Assembly: GCA_963830915.1 (NCBI GenBank)
Contig: CAWHOE010000011.1
Location: forward strand, 1 to 45,323
Length of the DNA stretch: 45,323 nt
DNA from: a candidate division FCPU426 bacterium
GTDB taxonomy: Bacteria > Oederibacteriota > Muellerivitia > Muellerivitales > Muellerivitaceae
Reading direction: 5' to 3'
Shown: positions 17,412 through 27,713 of the stretch, piece by piece
Layout: each line of letters starts with the position of its first letter
How positions within the stretch are numbered: the first letter of the stretch is position 1
The notes under the pieces: model-generated
Database searches by the model: none
The model's input: only the letters and a program-made list of their open reading frames with translations
Told to the model about the DNA's origin: nothing
Translations under genes and position numbers: made by a program

Positions 17412-19193
17412 ATGAAAGCTCATCGATCCAAAAAGAAAAAAACAGGAAATCGCACCGCCAAGAATCGCTTTCCTAAAACCGCTTCCCTTAAATCACCGAA
17501 AAAAACAAAAATAACTATCCGGGATGAGAACCATTTACCCGATGAAAAAGGGCAATCGGCTTTTTTGCGGGGAAGCCTTCGCGATGAGGAGGAACGAAAG
17601 CGCAAGGAGGACGAGGAACTCAGATCGCGCCAATGGCTTCAAATGGTATTGGATGGTTTCCCGGGATTGGTTTGGTGGAAAAATCGGGATTTTGTCGTGA
17701 TGGGTTGTAATAAGTTTTTCGCGATTGCGGCAGGAAAAACCGATCCTTCGGAAGTTATCGGGAAAACGGATTATGAGATGGGATGGTCGAAAGCCGAATC
17801 GGACCATTATCGGGCCGATGATCGGGAAGTATTGGAATCCGGGAAATCAAAATTGGGGATCATCGAACCCCAGACCTGGCCCGATGGACAGGTCGCCTGG
17901 CTGGAGACCAATAAAGTCCCATTGGTTGACTCCAAGGGTCAGATCGTCGGCACTTTAGGCACCGCCTTGGATATCACCGAAAGGGTCAAAGCTCAGGAAC
18001 TGCGTATCGCCAAGGAAGGAGCGGAAGCCGCGACCAGGGCTAAAAGCAGGTTCTTGGCCCACATCTCCCATGAGATCCGGACTCCTATGATCGCCATACT
18101 GGGTTATTCCCAATTATTGAATCGGGATACCAACTTAAGCGACCAACAAAGCGAATACTTGGGCATCATCAACAAGGCCGGCGAAAGGCTTCTGGAGCTC
18201 ATCAATGACGTGTTGGAGATGGCCAAGATCGAGGCGGGCCACGCGGAATTGAAACCTCGGGCTTTTGACCTTCTCGAGATGATCCAGGAAACCGGCAAAT
18301 TGATGCGTGTCAGGGCGTTGGAAAAACAATTGGAATTTCATATCGAAACCTCATCCGATCTTCCAAGGCATGTCATCGGTGATGACAGTAAATTGAGGCA
18401 GATCTTCCTTAACCTTCTCTCCAACGCGGTCAAGTTCACCGATAAAGGAAGGGTGTCATGGCGATTGACGGCTCATAACGGTGGGCAAGGGGTCATCAAG
18501 CTGCTCTGTGAAGTAAAAGACACCGGTTTAGGTATATCGGCTGAAGAACAAGAAAAACTATTCCAGACTTTCCATCAAGCCACATCGTCGACTGGCCATG
18601 GAAAAGGCGGAACGGGTTTGGGATTGGCGATCAGCAGGCAATTCGCCCAGATCATGGGTGGTGACATCAAATTGAACAGTGAACCCGGAAAAGGCAGTTG
18701 TTTTAAAATGGAAGTGAATGTCATGGAATGCGAAGAAACCGGCTTGCCATCCGAGAATTCCTCCGGGAGAAGGGTTTCCAGACTGAAACCGGGGCAAGAC
18801 CCTATCCGAATACTGGTCGCCGATGACAGGCAAGATAATTTAATGCTGGTCAGGATGATGCTGGAAATGGTCGGTTTCGGGGTCAGGGGCGCGGCTAACG
18901 GCCAGGAAGCGGTAGCTGTCTTTGAGGAATGGGAGCCCCATCTTGTGTTCATGGATTTGAGGATGCCTGTCATGGATGGGTTCGAGGCTATTCGAACGAT
19001 CCGGCGAAAAAAGAATGGGGACAAGATCAAGATCGTCGCGGTCAGCGCGAGCGCTTTCGAGGAAGACCGTCAGAAGATGAAGGAACAGGGCGTGAAGTGG
19101 TTCCTGGCCAAACCCTTCCGGGAACAGGAATTATTCCAGATCATCGAGAATTGTCTCGGCGTCGAATTCGAATATGAAGATATTCCCCAATGA
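17412..19193 (+). CDS. Cytoplasmic PAS-domain hybrid histidine kinase / response regulator
   Basis: PAS/PAC (WWKN..F..MGCN...IGKTD...WLETNKVPL), H-box SHEIRTP, N-box NLLSNAVKFT, DTGLG, GGTGLGL, receiver FMDLRMP...KPF. No TM segment. AGGAG precedes the ATG at 17412. Confidence 0.93.
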   Translation: MKAHRSKKKKTGNRTAKNRFPKTASLKSPKKTKITIRDENHLPDEKGQSAFLRGSLRDEEERKRKEDEELRSRQWLQMVLDGFPGLVWWKNRDFVVMGCNKFFAIAAGKTDPSEVIGKTDYEMGWSKAESDHYRADDREVLESGKSKLGIIEPQTWPDGQVAWLETNKVPLVDSKGQIVGTLGTALDITERVKAQELRIAKEGAEAATRAKSRFLAHISHEIRTPMIAILGYSQLLNRDTNLSDQQSEYLGIINKAGERLLELINDVLEMAKIEAGHAELKPRAFDLLEMIQETGKLMRVRALEKQLEFHIETSSDLPRHVIGDDSKLRQIFLNLLSNAVKFTDKGRVSWRLTAHNGGQGVIKLLCEVKDTGLGISAEEQEKLFQTFHQATSSTGHGKGGTGLGLAISRQFAQIMGGDIKLNSEPGKGSCFKMEVNVMECEETGLPSENSSGRRVSRLKPGQDPIRILVADDRQDNLMLVRMMLEMVGFGVRGAANGQEAVAVFEEWEPHLVFMDLRMPVMDGFEAIRTIRRKKNGDKIKIVAVSASAFEEDRQKMKEQGVKWFLAKPFREQELFQIIENCLGVEFEYEDIPQ

Positions 19194-19274
19194 TAAGACG
19201 TTATTTCATCGGGTTCTAGAATGCCGGGTTGAAAAGTGGTTCGAACATCGCGAAAGAAACCTGAGGTGTTTTCC

Positions 19275-20201
19275 TCATTTTCCCTGTTCTGACAACCATC
19301 GTTCGGCCTCGATGGCCGCCATACATCCCATACCGGCGGCGGAAATGGCCTGGCGGTAATAATGATCCGCCACATCGCCAGCTGCGAAAACGCCCTCGAT
19401 ATTGGTAACGGTGCGGGGTGGGTGGGGAAGTTTCAGATAACCTACCTCGTCCATATCCAACTGACCCTTGAACATGAAAGTGTTGGGCGCGTGGCCCAGG
19501 GCGAAGAATAGGCCGGTAAATGGTTCGGCCTTGGTTTCGTTGGTCTTCACATTCTTCACTTTAACTCCGGTCAGTTCTTTTTCCCCAACCAGTTCCGTTA
19601 CGACCGAGTTGAGCATCCAGCGGATCTTAGGATTCGCCTTGGCCCTTTCCAACATGATCTTGGAGGAGCGGAATTCCTCCCGGCGGTGGATGAGGGTCAC
19701 GGTCTTGGCGAATTTGGTCAGGAAGGTCGCCTCTTCCATCGCGGAATCGCCGCCGCCCACTACGGCGATATCCTGGTTCTTGAAAAAGAATCCATCGCAG
19801 GTGGCGCAAGCCGAAACGCCATGCCCGATCAATTCCATCTCTCGGGGAACTCCTCCGTACTTGGCCGAGGCGCCGGTAGCCACGATGATGCTCTCTGCTT
19901 CCAGAAGCTCGTTGTCATCGATCCATAACTTGAAAGGACGCCTGGAAAGATCGACCTTGGTCACCAACCCTGTTTTATAACGGGTCCCGAAGGAGGCGGC
20001 TTGTTGTTTCATGTTTTCCATGAGTTGGGATCCCAGGATACCCTCAGGAAACCCCGGGAAATTCTCGATAGTGGTCGTGGTGGTCAATTGTCCCCCTGGT
20101 TGAGGGCCTTCGATGAGCAGTGGGTTCAAATTGGCCCGGGAAGTATAAAGGGCCGCGGTATAACCAGCGGGACCTGATCCGATGATGATGACTTTTTCCA
20201 T
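19275..20201 (-). CDS. trxB: Thioredoxin-disulfide reductase
   Basis: IIGSGPAGYTAA, GGQL, CATCDG, GGGDSAMEEA, FAAGDV, YRQAISAAG. Confidence 0.98.
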   Translation of the reverse strand: MEKVIIIGSGPAGYTAALYTSRANLNPLLIEGPQPGGQLTTTTTIENFPGFPEGILGSQLMENMKQQAASFGTRYKTGLVTKVDLSRRPFKLWIDDNELLEAESIIVATGASAKYGGVPREMELIGHGVSACATCDGFFFKNQDIAVVGGGDSAMEEATFLTKFAKTVTLIHRREEFRSSKIMLERAKANPKIRWMLNSVVTELVGEKELTGVKVKNVKTNETKAEPFTGLFFALGHAPNTFMFKGQLDMDEVGYLKLPHPPRTVTNIEGVFAAGDVADHYYRQAISAAGMGCMAAIEAERWLSEQGK

Positions 20202-20339
20202 AATGACGACCTCCGGGTGGATGTAACAACTCTAAATACTAAGGTTGAATCAAGGCTTAAGCTGGCGATCCAGAACATAAGTTTAGCCCTTGAAAGGACA
20301 AGTTAAGATGTTCCGAGATAACAAGTCAAGACGGAAGCC

Positions 20340-21923
20340 CTATTTATCGGGAGTCGGAAACAAGCTTTGGCGATAGTGTTCCAATTCCACCAGGCGGTTA
20401 GTCTCATCCCATCCCAGTTGTTCGGCCATCAGGCGCGAGGCTTTTTCCGAGGCGGAACCCCACCGCTGGGGACTATAGCCGATCTCAAGCCTTCGGAGCA
20501 TGACATCCTCCAAATGACAAGCCTTCTCGGAAAGGACCGCGTATACCACCTGAGCCGAGAGTTCAGGACGATCAGCATGGAGAGGTTCCCTGAAACGGGC
20601 ATCCTTTTCAATTAAGGCTAGAACATCTCTGGCTTTTTGGCCGTAAAGGCCCGCCAAATGATTCGCCTGGGATTCGCTGATCTTGAAAGTAGAAATCCAT
20701 TGGGGGACATTCTTTTTGAGGAATTCGTCCCAACTATTCTCAATGGATCCGGGAAGTTTCAGGTCCCGCGGTATTTTTTTTGATTGTCCAGTGATCTTCA
20801 AGATCTTCCGCAAGGCTTTTTCCGCCATGGAACGATAGGTCGTCAATTTTCCCCCGACAATGGAAATCACGTTCCCTTCCGACTGGATCTTGTCTTCCCG
20901 TGAAAGTGAAGAGGCTTGCTCGCCACCGGACCAGGCCAGGGGACGGAGCCCGGAAAAAGCCGATAGGACCTGGTTTCGGTCCCAAATGGAACCTGGGAAG
21001 ACCCGGGAAGCTTCCCGGAGGAGGTATTGGATCTCTTCCTCGGTAGGCGCCACCTTGTTCGGGTCGTCCGGATCGTCCAGGTCCGTTGTGCCGACCAAAC
21101 TGAAACCCCGCCAAGGGACGATGAAGATGATACGGTTATCTTTGGGCGTCATGATCAAAACCGCGTGTTGGGACAGGACCTCAGGCATCACGATATGACT
21201 GCCTCTGGTCGGCCGTATCAGGGAAAGGGCGTTTTCTGAGATGAGTTTGGTTATTTGATTTGCCCAGGGTCCCGCTGCGTTCACTAAGCATTTAGCTTGA
21301 AGAACGCCGTTCTCTTTCGTTCGGGATTCCTGGAAAAAGACTCGGACGAACCCTTCCTCTCGGTCGATTTGATTCACACAACAGTAATTCAAGCAGTCCG
21401 CCCCGGCTTCCTCGGCGGCGAGGATATTCTCAAGGACCAATCGGGCGTCATTGACCTGGGCGTCGTAATAAAGACCGCATCCTTTCAGACCATCTGTCTT
21501 GAGGGTGGGAGCTATTATTTTGGTCTCTTCCGCGGAGTACCAACGATGACGGGCGATATTGGAGGATCCGGCTAAAATATCGTAAAGCCATAGACCGATC
21601 TTCAACATCCAAGGAGGTCTGCGATCGGTTTTGTAACAAGGGAGAAGGATGGAAATGGGATGGATCAGATGGGGAGCGAGCTTCAATAATTTTTGACGTT
21701 CATGGAGCGATTCGAAAACGAGGGAGAAACGGTACTGCTCCAAATATCGGATGCCCCCATGGATGAGTTTGGTGGATTTACTGGAAGTCCCGGAGGCGAA
21801 GTCGTCCTTCTCAAAGAGCGCGACCGAAAGGCCCGCTTTGGCGGCCAGAAGGGCCAAACCGGCCCCGTTGATACCGCCTCCAACGATGGCTAGGTCTACC
21901 TGGGATGATTTAAGGGGTTTCAT
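20340..21923 (-). CDS. glpD: FAD-dependent glycerol-3-phosphate dehydrogenase/oxidase
   Basis: GGGINGAG, DFASGTSSKSTKLIHGGIRYL, NAAGPW, GTTD, GLRPL, GGKLTTYR. The start is either ATG 21923 or TTG 21929. Confidence 0.92.
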   Translation of the reverse strand: MKPLKSSQVDLAIVGGGINGAGLALLAAKAGLSVALFEKDDFASGTSSKSTKLIHGGIRYLEQYRFSLVFESLHERQKLLKLAPHLIHPISILLPCYKTDRRPPWMLKIGLWLYDILAGSSNIARHRWYSAEETKIIAPTLKTDGLKGCGLYYDAQVNDARLVLENILAAEEAGADCLNYCCVNQIDREEGFVRVFFQESRTKENGVLQAKCLVNAAGPWANQITKLISENALSLIRPTRGSHIVMPEVLSQHAVLIMTPKDNRIIFIVPWRGFSLVGTTDLDDPDDPNKVAPTEEEIQYLLREASRVFPGSIWDRNQVLSAFSGLRPLAWSGGEQASSLSREDKIQSEGNVISIVGGKLTTYRSMAEKALRKILKITGQSKKIPRDLKLPGSIENSWDEFLKKNVPQWISTFKISESQANHLAGLYGQKARDVLALIEKDARFREPLHADRPELSAQVVYAVLSEKACHLEDVMLRRLEIGYSPQRWGSASEKASRLMAEQLGWDETNRLVELEHYRQSLFPTPDK

Positions 21924-22011
21924 GGGCAACCTAAGAGAAAGGATTTACCTATTTTGAGCTCATTGGGCCTTTCATTACCAGCAGTTTTATTGAAAAATAA
22001 GGGTTCTGAAA

Positions 22012-22040
22012 TTGACGGGACTTGGCGGCACGGCTAAGAT
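22012..22040 (+). promoter_or_regulatory. Sigma70-type promoter for tRNA-Leu-tig-clpPX
   Basis: TTGACG-N17-TAAGAT. Confidence 0.65.
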
Positions 22041-22197
22041 GAGACCCCAATTTACCCAGTTAGATGCGAATTGACGCAAGAAAACAACAAGACTTTAGAG
22101 GGAAGGGCGCGACTAGTCTTGGGGTGAGTTGTTCATATCCGGGCAGGTGCCACCCAATTTTTAAAAGATGGCGGACTTCGTTTGCCATTGGATCAAG

Positions 22198-22282
22198 GCG
22201 AGGGTGGCGAAACTGGCAGACGCACCAGATTTAGGTTCTGGCGGGGTAACCCATGGGGGTTCGACTCCCCCCCCTCGCACCA
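22198..22282 (+). tRNA. tRNA-Leu (anticodon TAG)
   Basis: Acceptor stem GCGAGGG/CCCTCGC with ACCA, D-arm GCGAAACTGGCAGACGC, anticodon arm CCAGA-TTTAGGT-TCTGG, long variable arm, GTTCGACTC T-loop; typical position upstream of tig. Confidence 0.97.
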
Positions 22283-22341
22283 TTTGAATAACGGCACCCA
22301 GGATATGCCGAAAGAAAACTACTGAAAGCGAAGGAGCTAGT

Positions 22342-23625
22342 GTGAAAGTCAATGTAACCAACGTATCCGGTTGTTCCAGGGAAATACAGGTCGAGGTTCC
22401 GGCTGAAATCGTCCAAAACAAGGTGGACGACATCTATGACCGAATCTTAAAGGAAGCGAAAATACCGGGATTCCGCAAGGGGAAAGCCCCGATGGATGTG
22501 ATCAAAAAACAGTACAAATCGAACGTCAGAGATGAAATGGTCCACCATCAATTGCCTGAGTTTTTCCGCGAAGCCCTGATGGAGGTCAAGATCGACCCGG
22601 TGGCCCAGCCACAGATCACCCATCTTCAATTCGAGGAAGGCTCGCCGCTGAAGTTCGTGGCTGTGGTCGAGATCAAACCCGAATTCGAGTTGAAAACTTA
22701 CAAGGGATTGAAAATCAAGAAGGAAAATACGACTGTCAAAGAAGAGGATGTGGACAAGGCCTTGGAAGGTTTGCGGGACCAGATGGCCCAATTTTCCCTG
22801 GTGGAGGATCGGGCGGCGAAGGTCGATGATCTGGTGGTCATTGATTTTGAGGGGAAAATCGACGGTAAAGTGTTTGATGGGGGAAAAGCGAACCGTTACC
22901 CGGTTCTGTTGGGAAGCCAAAGCCTATTGAAAGATTTTGAGTCGAATCTTATTGGTTTGAAAAAGGACGAATCCAAAACTTTCAAGCTGGTCTTCCCGAA
23001 AGACTATCCAAAAAAGGAAGTGGCGGAAAAAGAAGCGGAATTTACCGTCAAACTGCATGAGATCAAAGAGAAGGTCCTTCCTGTGGTGGACAATGATTTC
23101 GCCAAGAAGATCGCGAAGTGCGAGACGGTGAAGGAACTGCGGGAAAAGATAGAGGCCCAGATCAAATCCCAAAAGGAATTGGAGCAAAGATCGAAGATGA
23201 TCGAACAGATCGGGGAAAAACTCATCGGGGATCATTCTTTTGACGTTCCGCCTTCCCTGATCAACCTCGAGCAACAAAGGTTGGTTCAGCAGGGAGTGGA
23301 ACGGCTCAAGAACCAAGGCGTGGATGTGAACAAATTGACCGAGGAGCAAAAAAAGCAATTCGTCGAGAGCCTTCGTCCGATCTCACAAAAGAACGTTCAA
23401 ATGGCCCTGATTGTGGAAAAAATTTCGACGGTCGAGGGAATACGTTGTGAGGAAAAGGATTTTGAGGCTTATTTGCAGAAAGTTTCCCAGAGCTCAAATC
23501 AGCCGGTTGACGCGGTAAAGCGTTATATTCAGCAACAGGGCAATGTGGAATCCATCAAGGAATGGATCCAATATGAAAAATCGTTGGATTTTTTGATCTC
23601 GGCGGCAAAACTTGAAGCGGCTTAA
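22342..23625 (+). CDS. tig: Trigger factor
   Basis: PGFRKGKAP ribosome-binding motif, FKBP-type domain (VVIDFEGKIDGK.F.GG), synteny with clpPX. Confidence 0.97.
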   Translation: MKVNVTNVSGCSREIQVEVPAEIVQNKVDDIYDRILKEAKIPGFRKGKAPMDVIKKQYKSNVRDEMVHHQLPEFFREALMEVKIDPVAQPQITHLQFEEGSPLKFVAVVEIKPEFELKTYKGLKIKKENTTVKEEDVDKALEGLRDQMAQFSLVEDRAAKVDDLVVIDFEGKIDGKVFDGGKANRYPVLLGSQSLLKDFESNLIGLKKDESKTFKLVFPKDYPKKEVAEKEAEFTVKLHEIKEKVLPVVDNDFAKKIAKCETVKELREKIEAQIKSQKELEQRSKMIEQIGEKLIGDHSFDVPPSLINLEQQRLVQQGVERLKNQGVDVNKLTEEQKKQFVESLRPISQKNVQMALIVEKISTVEGIRCEEKDFEAYLQKVSQSSNQPVDAVKRYIQQQGNVESIKEWIQYEKSLDFLISAAKLEAA

Positions 23626-23649
23626 TCAATAGAATCACCGGAGGCTTTT

Positions 23650-24249
23650 ATGGCATTGATCCCCATCGTTGTGGAGCAGACCAATCGCGGTGAAAGGTCT
23701 TATGACATTTATTCACGGCTTCTGAAGGACCGTATCGTCATCCTGGGCACCCCGGTCAATGATGATGTGGCCAATACGATAATAGCCCAGTTATTGTTCC
23801 TGGAATCGGAAGATCCTGATAAGGATATCAATCTCTATGTAAATAGCCCGGGCGGGGTGGTCACTTCCGGTTTGGCGATCTACGATACGATCCAATACAT
23901 GAGGGCACCCGTTTCCACCATCTGTGTGGGACAGGCGGCTAGCATGGGTGCGGTTTTGTTGGCGGCAGGCGCGAAGGGAAAGCGATTCGCCCTTCCCAAT
24001 GCGAGGATCATGATCCATCAGCCTTCTGGGGGCACCCAAGGGCAGGCCACGGATATCGAGATACAGGCCAGGGAGATATTGAAGATCAGGGAGAAATTGA
24101 ACCAGATCCTTTCCCACCATACGGGCAAACCGGTCGAGAAGATCGCAGAGGATGTGGAACGGGACTATTTCATGTCGGCTGAGGAAGCTAAAGAATATGG
24201 GGTCATTGACGAGGTCTTGACCAAGCGGCCTGAACCAAAGAAAAAATAA
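23650..24249 (+). CDS. clpP: ATP-dependent Clp protease proteolytic subunit
   Basis: [25 protein letters not shown] (catalytic Ser), MIHQP. Confidence 0.99.
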   Translation: MALIPIVVEQTNRGERSYDIYSRLLKDRIVILGTPVNDDVANTIIAQLLFLESEDPDKDINLYVNSPGGVVTSGLAIYDTIQYMRAPVSTICVGQAASMGAVLLAAGAKGKRFALPNARIMIHQPSGGTQGQATDIEIQAREILKIREKLNQILSHHTGKPVEKIAEDVERDYFMSAEEAKEYGVIDEVLTKRPEPKKK

Positions 24250-24265
24250 ATCATCGGAGTTCTAA

Positions 24266-25531
24266 ATGGCTGGCGATAGGGATAAAACTTCTTTTTTAAG
24301 GTGTTCCTTTTGCGGTAAGACACAGGACGAGGTCAAGAAGCTCGTGGCCGGTCCGACGGTCTATATCTGCAACGAATGCATCGGTTTGTGTACTGATATC
24401 CTTAAAGAAGAGGAAAAGGGAGAGGGAAAGCCGGCGGCGGTCAAAGCTAAGACGCCCACTCCCAAACCTATCGAGATCAAGGAAACCCTTGATGAATATG
24501 TCATCGGCCAGGAAAAGGCCAAGAAGATCCTCTCGGTTGCCGTTCATAACCATTACAAGCGCTTGTCGGTAAAAACCGGCCCGCAAGATGTTGAACTGCA
24601 AAAAAGCAACGTTCTTTTGATCGGCCCCACCGGCGTGGGAAAAACTTTATTGGCCCAAACCTTGGCCCGTATCCTGGATGTGCCTTTCGCCGTCGCCGAC
24701 GCGACGACCTTGACCGAAGCCGGGTATGTCGGCGAGGATGTGGAAAATATCATCCTGAAACTCCTTCAGAACGCTGAGTTTGACGTCCAGCGTGCCGAAA
24801 AGGGGATCATTTATATCGATGAGATCGACAAGATCAGCCGCAAATCAGAGAACGCCAGCATCACCCGGGATGTGTCGGGCGAAGGTGTCCAGCAAGCCCT
24901 GTTGAAGATCATTGAGGGTACGGAAGTGAACGTTCCTCCCCAGGGAGGAAGGAAGCATCCCCATCAGGAATACATCAAGGTCAATTCCAACAATATCCTT
25001 TTCATTTGTGGGGGAGCGTTCGTCGGTCTGGAAAAGATCATTGAGAATCGTTTGGGACATCGAAGCATAGGTTTTAAGGGTGAAACGGTCCCTCGTCAGG
25101 AAAAAAAGCTCGGGGAGCTTTTTGAGAAGGTCCAGCCCGAGGACCTTATCAAGTTCGGATTGATTCCGGAGTTCATTGGGCGGTTACCCGTGATCGCCGC
25201 TCTGCATGAATTGGATGAGGCTTCCTTGGTCAAGGTCTTGACCGAACCCAAGAACGCTTTGACCAAACAATACCAGCGTTATTTTGAGATCGAGAATGTC
25301 AAATTGAAGTTCACACCCGAGGCCCTGCAGGCCGTGGCGCAGGAAGCCATCAAACGACAATCGGGCGCTAGGGGATTAAGGTCCATCCTGGAAGATGTGA
25401 TGATGAACTTGATGTACGAGATACCTTCCCGGCGGGACATCAAGGAAGCGGTCATTACGGAAGGTGTCATTCTCAACAAGGAAGAACCAATCCTGGTCTA
25501 CCAAAAGGGTCGTGGCGAAAACACGGCTTAA
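24266..25531 (+). CDS. clpX: ATP-dependent Clp protease ATP-binding subunit
   Basis: CSFCGK...CNEC zinc finger, GPTGVGKT Walker [22 protein letters not shown] loop, GARGLR. Confidence 0.99.
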   Translation: MAGDRDKTSFLRCSFCGKTQDEVKKLVAGPTVYICNECIGLCTDILKEEEKGEGKPAAVKAKTPTPKPIEIKETLDEYVIGQEKAKKILSVAVHNHYKRLSVKTGPQDVELQKSNVLLIGPTGVGKTLLAQTLARILDVPFAVADATTLTEAGYVGEDVENIILKLLQNAEFDVQRAEKGIIYIDEIDKISRKSENASITRDVSGEGVQQALLKIIEGTEVNVPPQGGRKHPHQEYIKVNSNNILFICGGAFVGLEKIIENRLGHRSIGFKGETVPRQEKKLGELFEKVQPEDLIKFGLIPEFIGRLPVIAALHELDEASLVKVLTEPKNALTKQYQRYFEIENVKLKFTPEALQAVAQEAIKRQSGARGLRSILEDVMMNLMYEIPSRRDIKEAVITEGVILNKEEPILVYQKGRGENTA

Positions 25532-26385
25532 TGCTCATCCGGATGATTCCCTCAAAAGTCTACGAATTCAATCCTTCCTCTAAAAAGCCAGTTGTTCATT
25601 TAGCTCACGCTAATGGTTTTTTACCGCCGACCTATAAGAAGGCCTTGAAACCACTTTTAAGCGATTTTAAGGTCATTTCCCTCCAAATTAGACCTATGTG
25701 GGCAGGGGCCGAGCCGAATGAACTGAGAAATTGGCACCTGTTCGCTGATGATCTGAGGCTAGGCCTCCGTGACTTATCGTTAACAAGGGTTGTGGGTATT
25801 GGCCATAGCCTTGGGGGTGTGAGCACTCTTTATGCCGCTGTCAAAAACCAGGAACTCTTTAGCCATGTCATTCTCATCGATCCAACCCTTTTAGCCCCCG
25901 CTGTCTTGAGAAAAATTTTTTGGATGAAACTGGTGGGGTTGGAAGCGAGGGTTTCCTTGGTCAAAAGCGCATTGAGAAGACGCCGCTTTTGGACTAGCCA
26001 GAAGGACGTTTACGAGTATTTCAAGGGAAGACCCCTTTTCAAAACATGGCCGGAAAATACGGTTAAGGAATACGCGGAAAGCATTACCCGTCCTGCTTTA
26101 GGGGGCGGGGTCGAGTTGGCCTACCCGCCTGAATGGGAAGCGCGTATCTACCGCACGATCCCCACGGATGTTTGGAAATTCCCCCAAGGCTTGATACAAC
26201 CAACCCTGGTCATTCGAGGGGAAAACTCGAACACTTTTGGAAAAGGAAGCGAAGAAGCATTTAGAAGGGCCAATCCCCAGGCTGTAATCGCGGTTGTCAA
26301 AGGGGCGGGTCATCTAGTACCCCAAGAGAAACCAGAAGAAGTGGGCGCCCTCATCGCCGACTTTTTAAAACGAGATAAAAGCTGA
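25531..26385 (+). CDS. Alpha/beta-fold hydrolase
   Basis: HANGF oxyanion loop, GHSLGG nucleophile elbow, AGHLVPQE catalytic His; start overlaps the clpX stop (TAATG). Confidence 0.9.
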   Translation: MLIRMIPSKVYEFNPSSKKPVVHLAHANGFLPPTYKKALKPLLSDFKVISLQIRPMWAGAEPNELRNWHLFADDLRLGLRDLSLTRVVGIGHSLGGVSTLYAAVKNQELFSHVILIDPTLLAPAVLRKIFWMKLVGLEARVSLVKSALRRRRFWTSQKDVYEYFKGRPLFKTWPENTVKEYAESITRPALGGGVELAYPPEWEARIYRTIPTDVWKFPQGLIQPTLVIRGENSNTFGKGSEEAFRRANPQAVIAVVKGAGHLVPQEKPEEVGALIADFLKRDKS

Positions 26386-26414
26386 ATAACCAGGGGATTA
26401 TTTTATAAAGTCTC

Positions 26415-26442
26415 TTGACACCAATGACTCGAAAGTTAAACT
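26415..26442 (+). promoter_or_regulatory. Sigma70-type promoter
   Basis: TTGACA-N16-TAAACT upstream of the aminotransferase-serA pair. Confidence 0.6.
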
Positions 26443-26536
26443 AACGTGCACTTGATAAAAAAATACGCGACAAGCCGTCTTTTTTAGTTGAATCGATATT
26501 TCCAAATCCAATTTTAAAGGCTGAAAGCGAGGGATT

Positions 26537-27691
26537 ATGCGTAAAAAATACATCATGGCTCCCGGGCCTACACCCATTCCGCCGGAGGTTCTGGCCGAAG
26601 CTGGGATGCCGATCATTCATCATCGGACACCTCAATTTCAAGCCGCTTTTAAAGAAGCCAATGAGGGACTGCAGATGTTCTTCCGGACCAAACAACAGGT
26701 CATGACCTTCGCGTCCGTAGGGACCGGTGTCATGGAATCGGCGGTCGTTAATTTGACCTCGCCGGGCGAGAAAGTACTGGTGGCTTCCTGCGGGAATTTC
26801 GGGAATCGATGGAAAGATATCTGCAAAGCGTATCAAGTTGAGGTTGAGCATTATGAGGTGGAATGGGGCCAGGCGGTAGATCCGGCGGAAGTCAAAAAAA
26901 GACTCCAAGCTTCTCCGGAGATCAAATTGCTATTCACGACCTTGAACGAGACTTCCACTGGCGTGGTCAATGATATTCAAGCCTTGACCAAGGTATGTCA
27001 TGAGGCTGGGGCTTTGATCGCCGTTGACGCTATTTCTGGTTTGGGCGCCATGCCTTGTGAGACCGACGCTTGGGGTGTGGACCTGGTGCTTTCGGGTTCC
27101 CAGAAGGGATTTATGATCCCGCCTGGTTTGGGTTTTGTCAGCATTTCGCCCGCCGCCGTCGAGAAAAACAAGATCGCGAAAAATCCCCGGTATTATTTCA
27201 GCTATGAAAAAGCCCTTAAAAAATTGACCGAAGAGAAAATGCCCGATACTCCTTTCACGCCGGCTATTACCCTGATCCTACAAGTCCGTAAGGCATTGGA
27301 ATTGATCAAGCAGGAAGGAATGGAAAATGTCTGGCAACGTCACGCGGGTTTGGCCAAGGCCACCCGGGCAGGGGTTCAAGCGCTTGGTTTGAAACTTTTC
27401 GCCACGCAAAATCCATCCAGCGCAATTACGGCGGTTGAATCGCCGGATGGTATGGATAGCGGATTGATCAACAAAACCTTCCGTGATGTTTTTGGCGTCA
27501 GCATCATCGGCGGACAGGGAAAGGTCAAAGGAAAGATATTCAGGATCGGCCACTTGGGTTATGTGGATGGATCGGATGTTATCCTGGCCATCGCCACTTT
27601 GGAAATGGTCTTGAATAAGCTGGGGAAAAAGGTACCCCTGGGCATGGGCGTCAAGGCGGCGCAGGAAATCATACTAGCCGAAAACCTTTAA
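26537..27691 (+). CDS. Class V PLP-dependent aminotransferase (serine-pyruvate/alanine-glyoxylate family)
   Basis: PGPTP, HHRT, GTGVME, NETSTGV, VDAIS, GSQKG (PLP lysine), FRIGHLG. Confidence 0.93.
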   Translation: MRKKYIMAPGPTPIPPEVLAEAGMPIIHHRTPQFQAAFKEANEGLQMFFRTKQQVMTFASVGTGVMESAVVNLTSPGEKVLVASCGNFGNRWKDICKAYQVEVEHYEVEWGQAVDPAEVKKRLQASPEIKLLFTTLNETSTGVVNDIQALTKVCHEAGALIAVDAISGLGAMPCETDAWGVDLVLSGSQKGFMIPPGLGFVSISPAAVEKNKIAKNPRYYFSYEKALKKLTEEKMPDTPFTPAITLILQVRKALELIKQEGMENVWQRHAGLAKATRAGVQALGLKLFATQNPSSAITAVESPDGMDSGLINKTFRDVFGVSIIGGQGKVKGKIFRIGHLGYVDGSDVILAIATLEMVLNKLGKKVPLGMGVKAAQEIILAENL

Positions 27692-27713
27692 TCATTATCA
27701 ATTGGGGAGATCT

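Noticed and set aside
22198..22341. tRNA-Leu as an integration site for a genomic island
   Set aside because: tig follows directly, and I saw no integrase or duplicated tRNA 3' end in the window.
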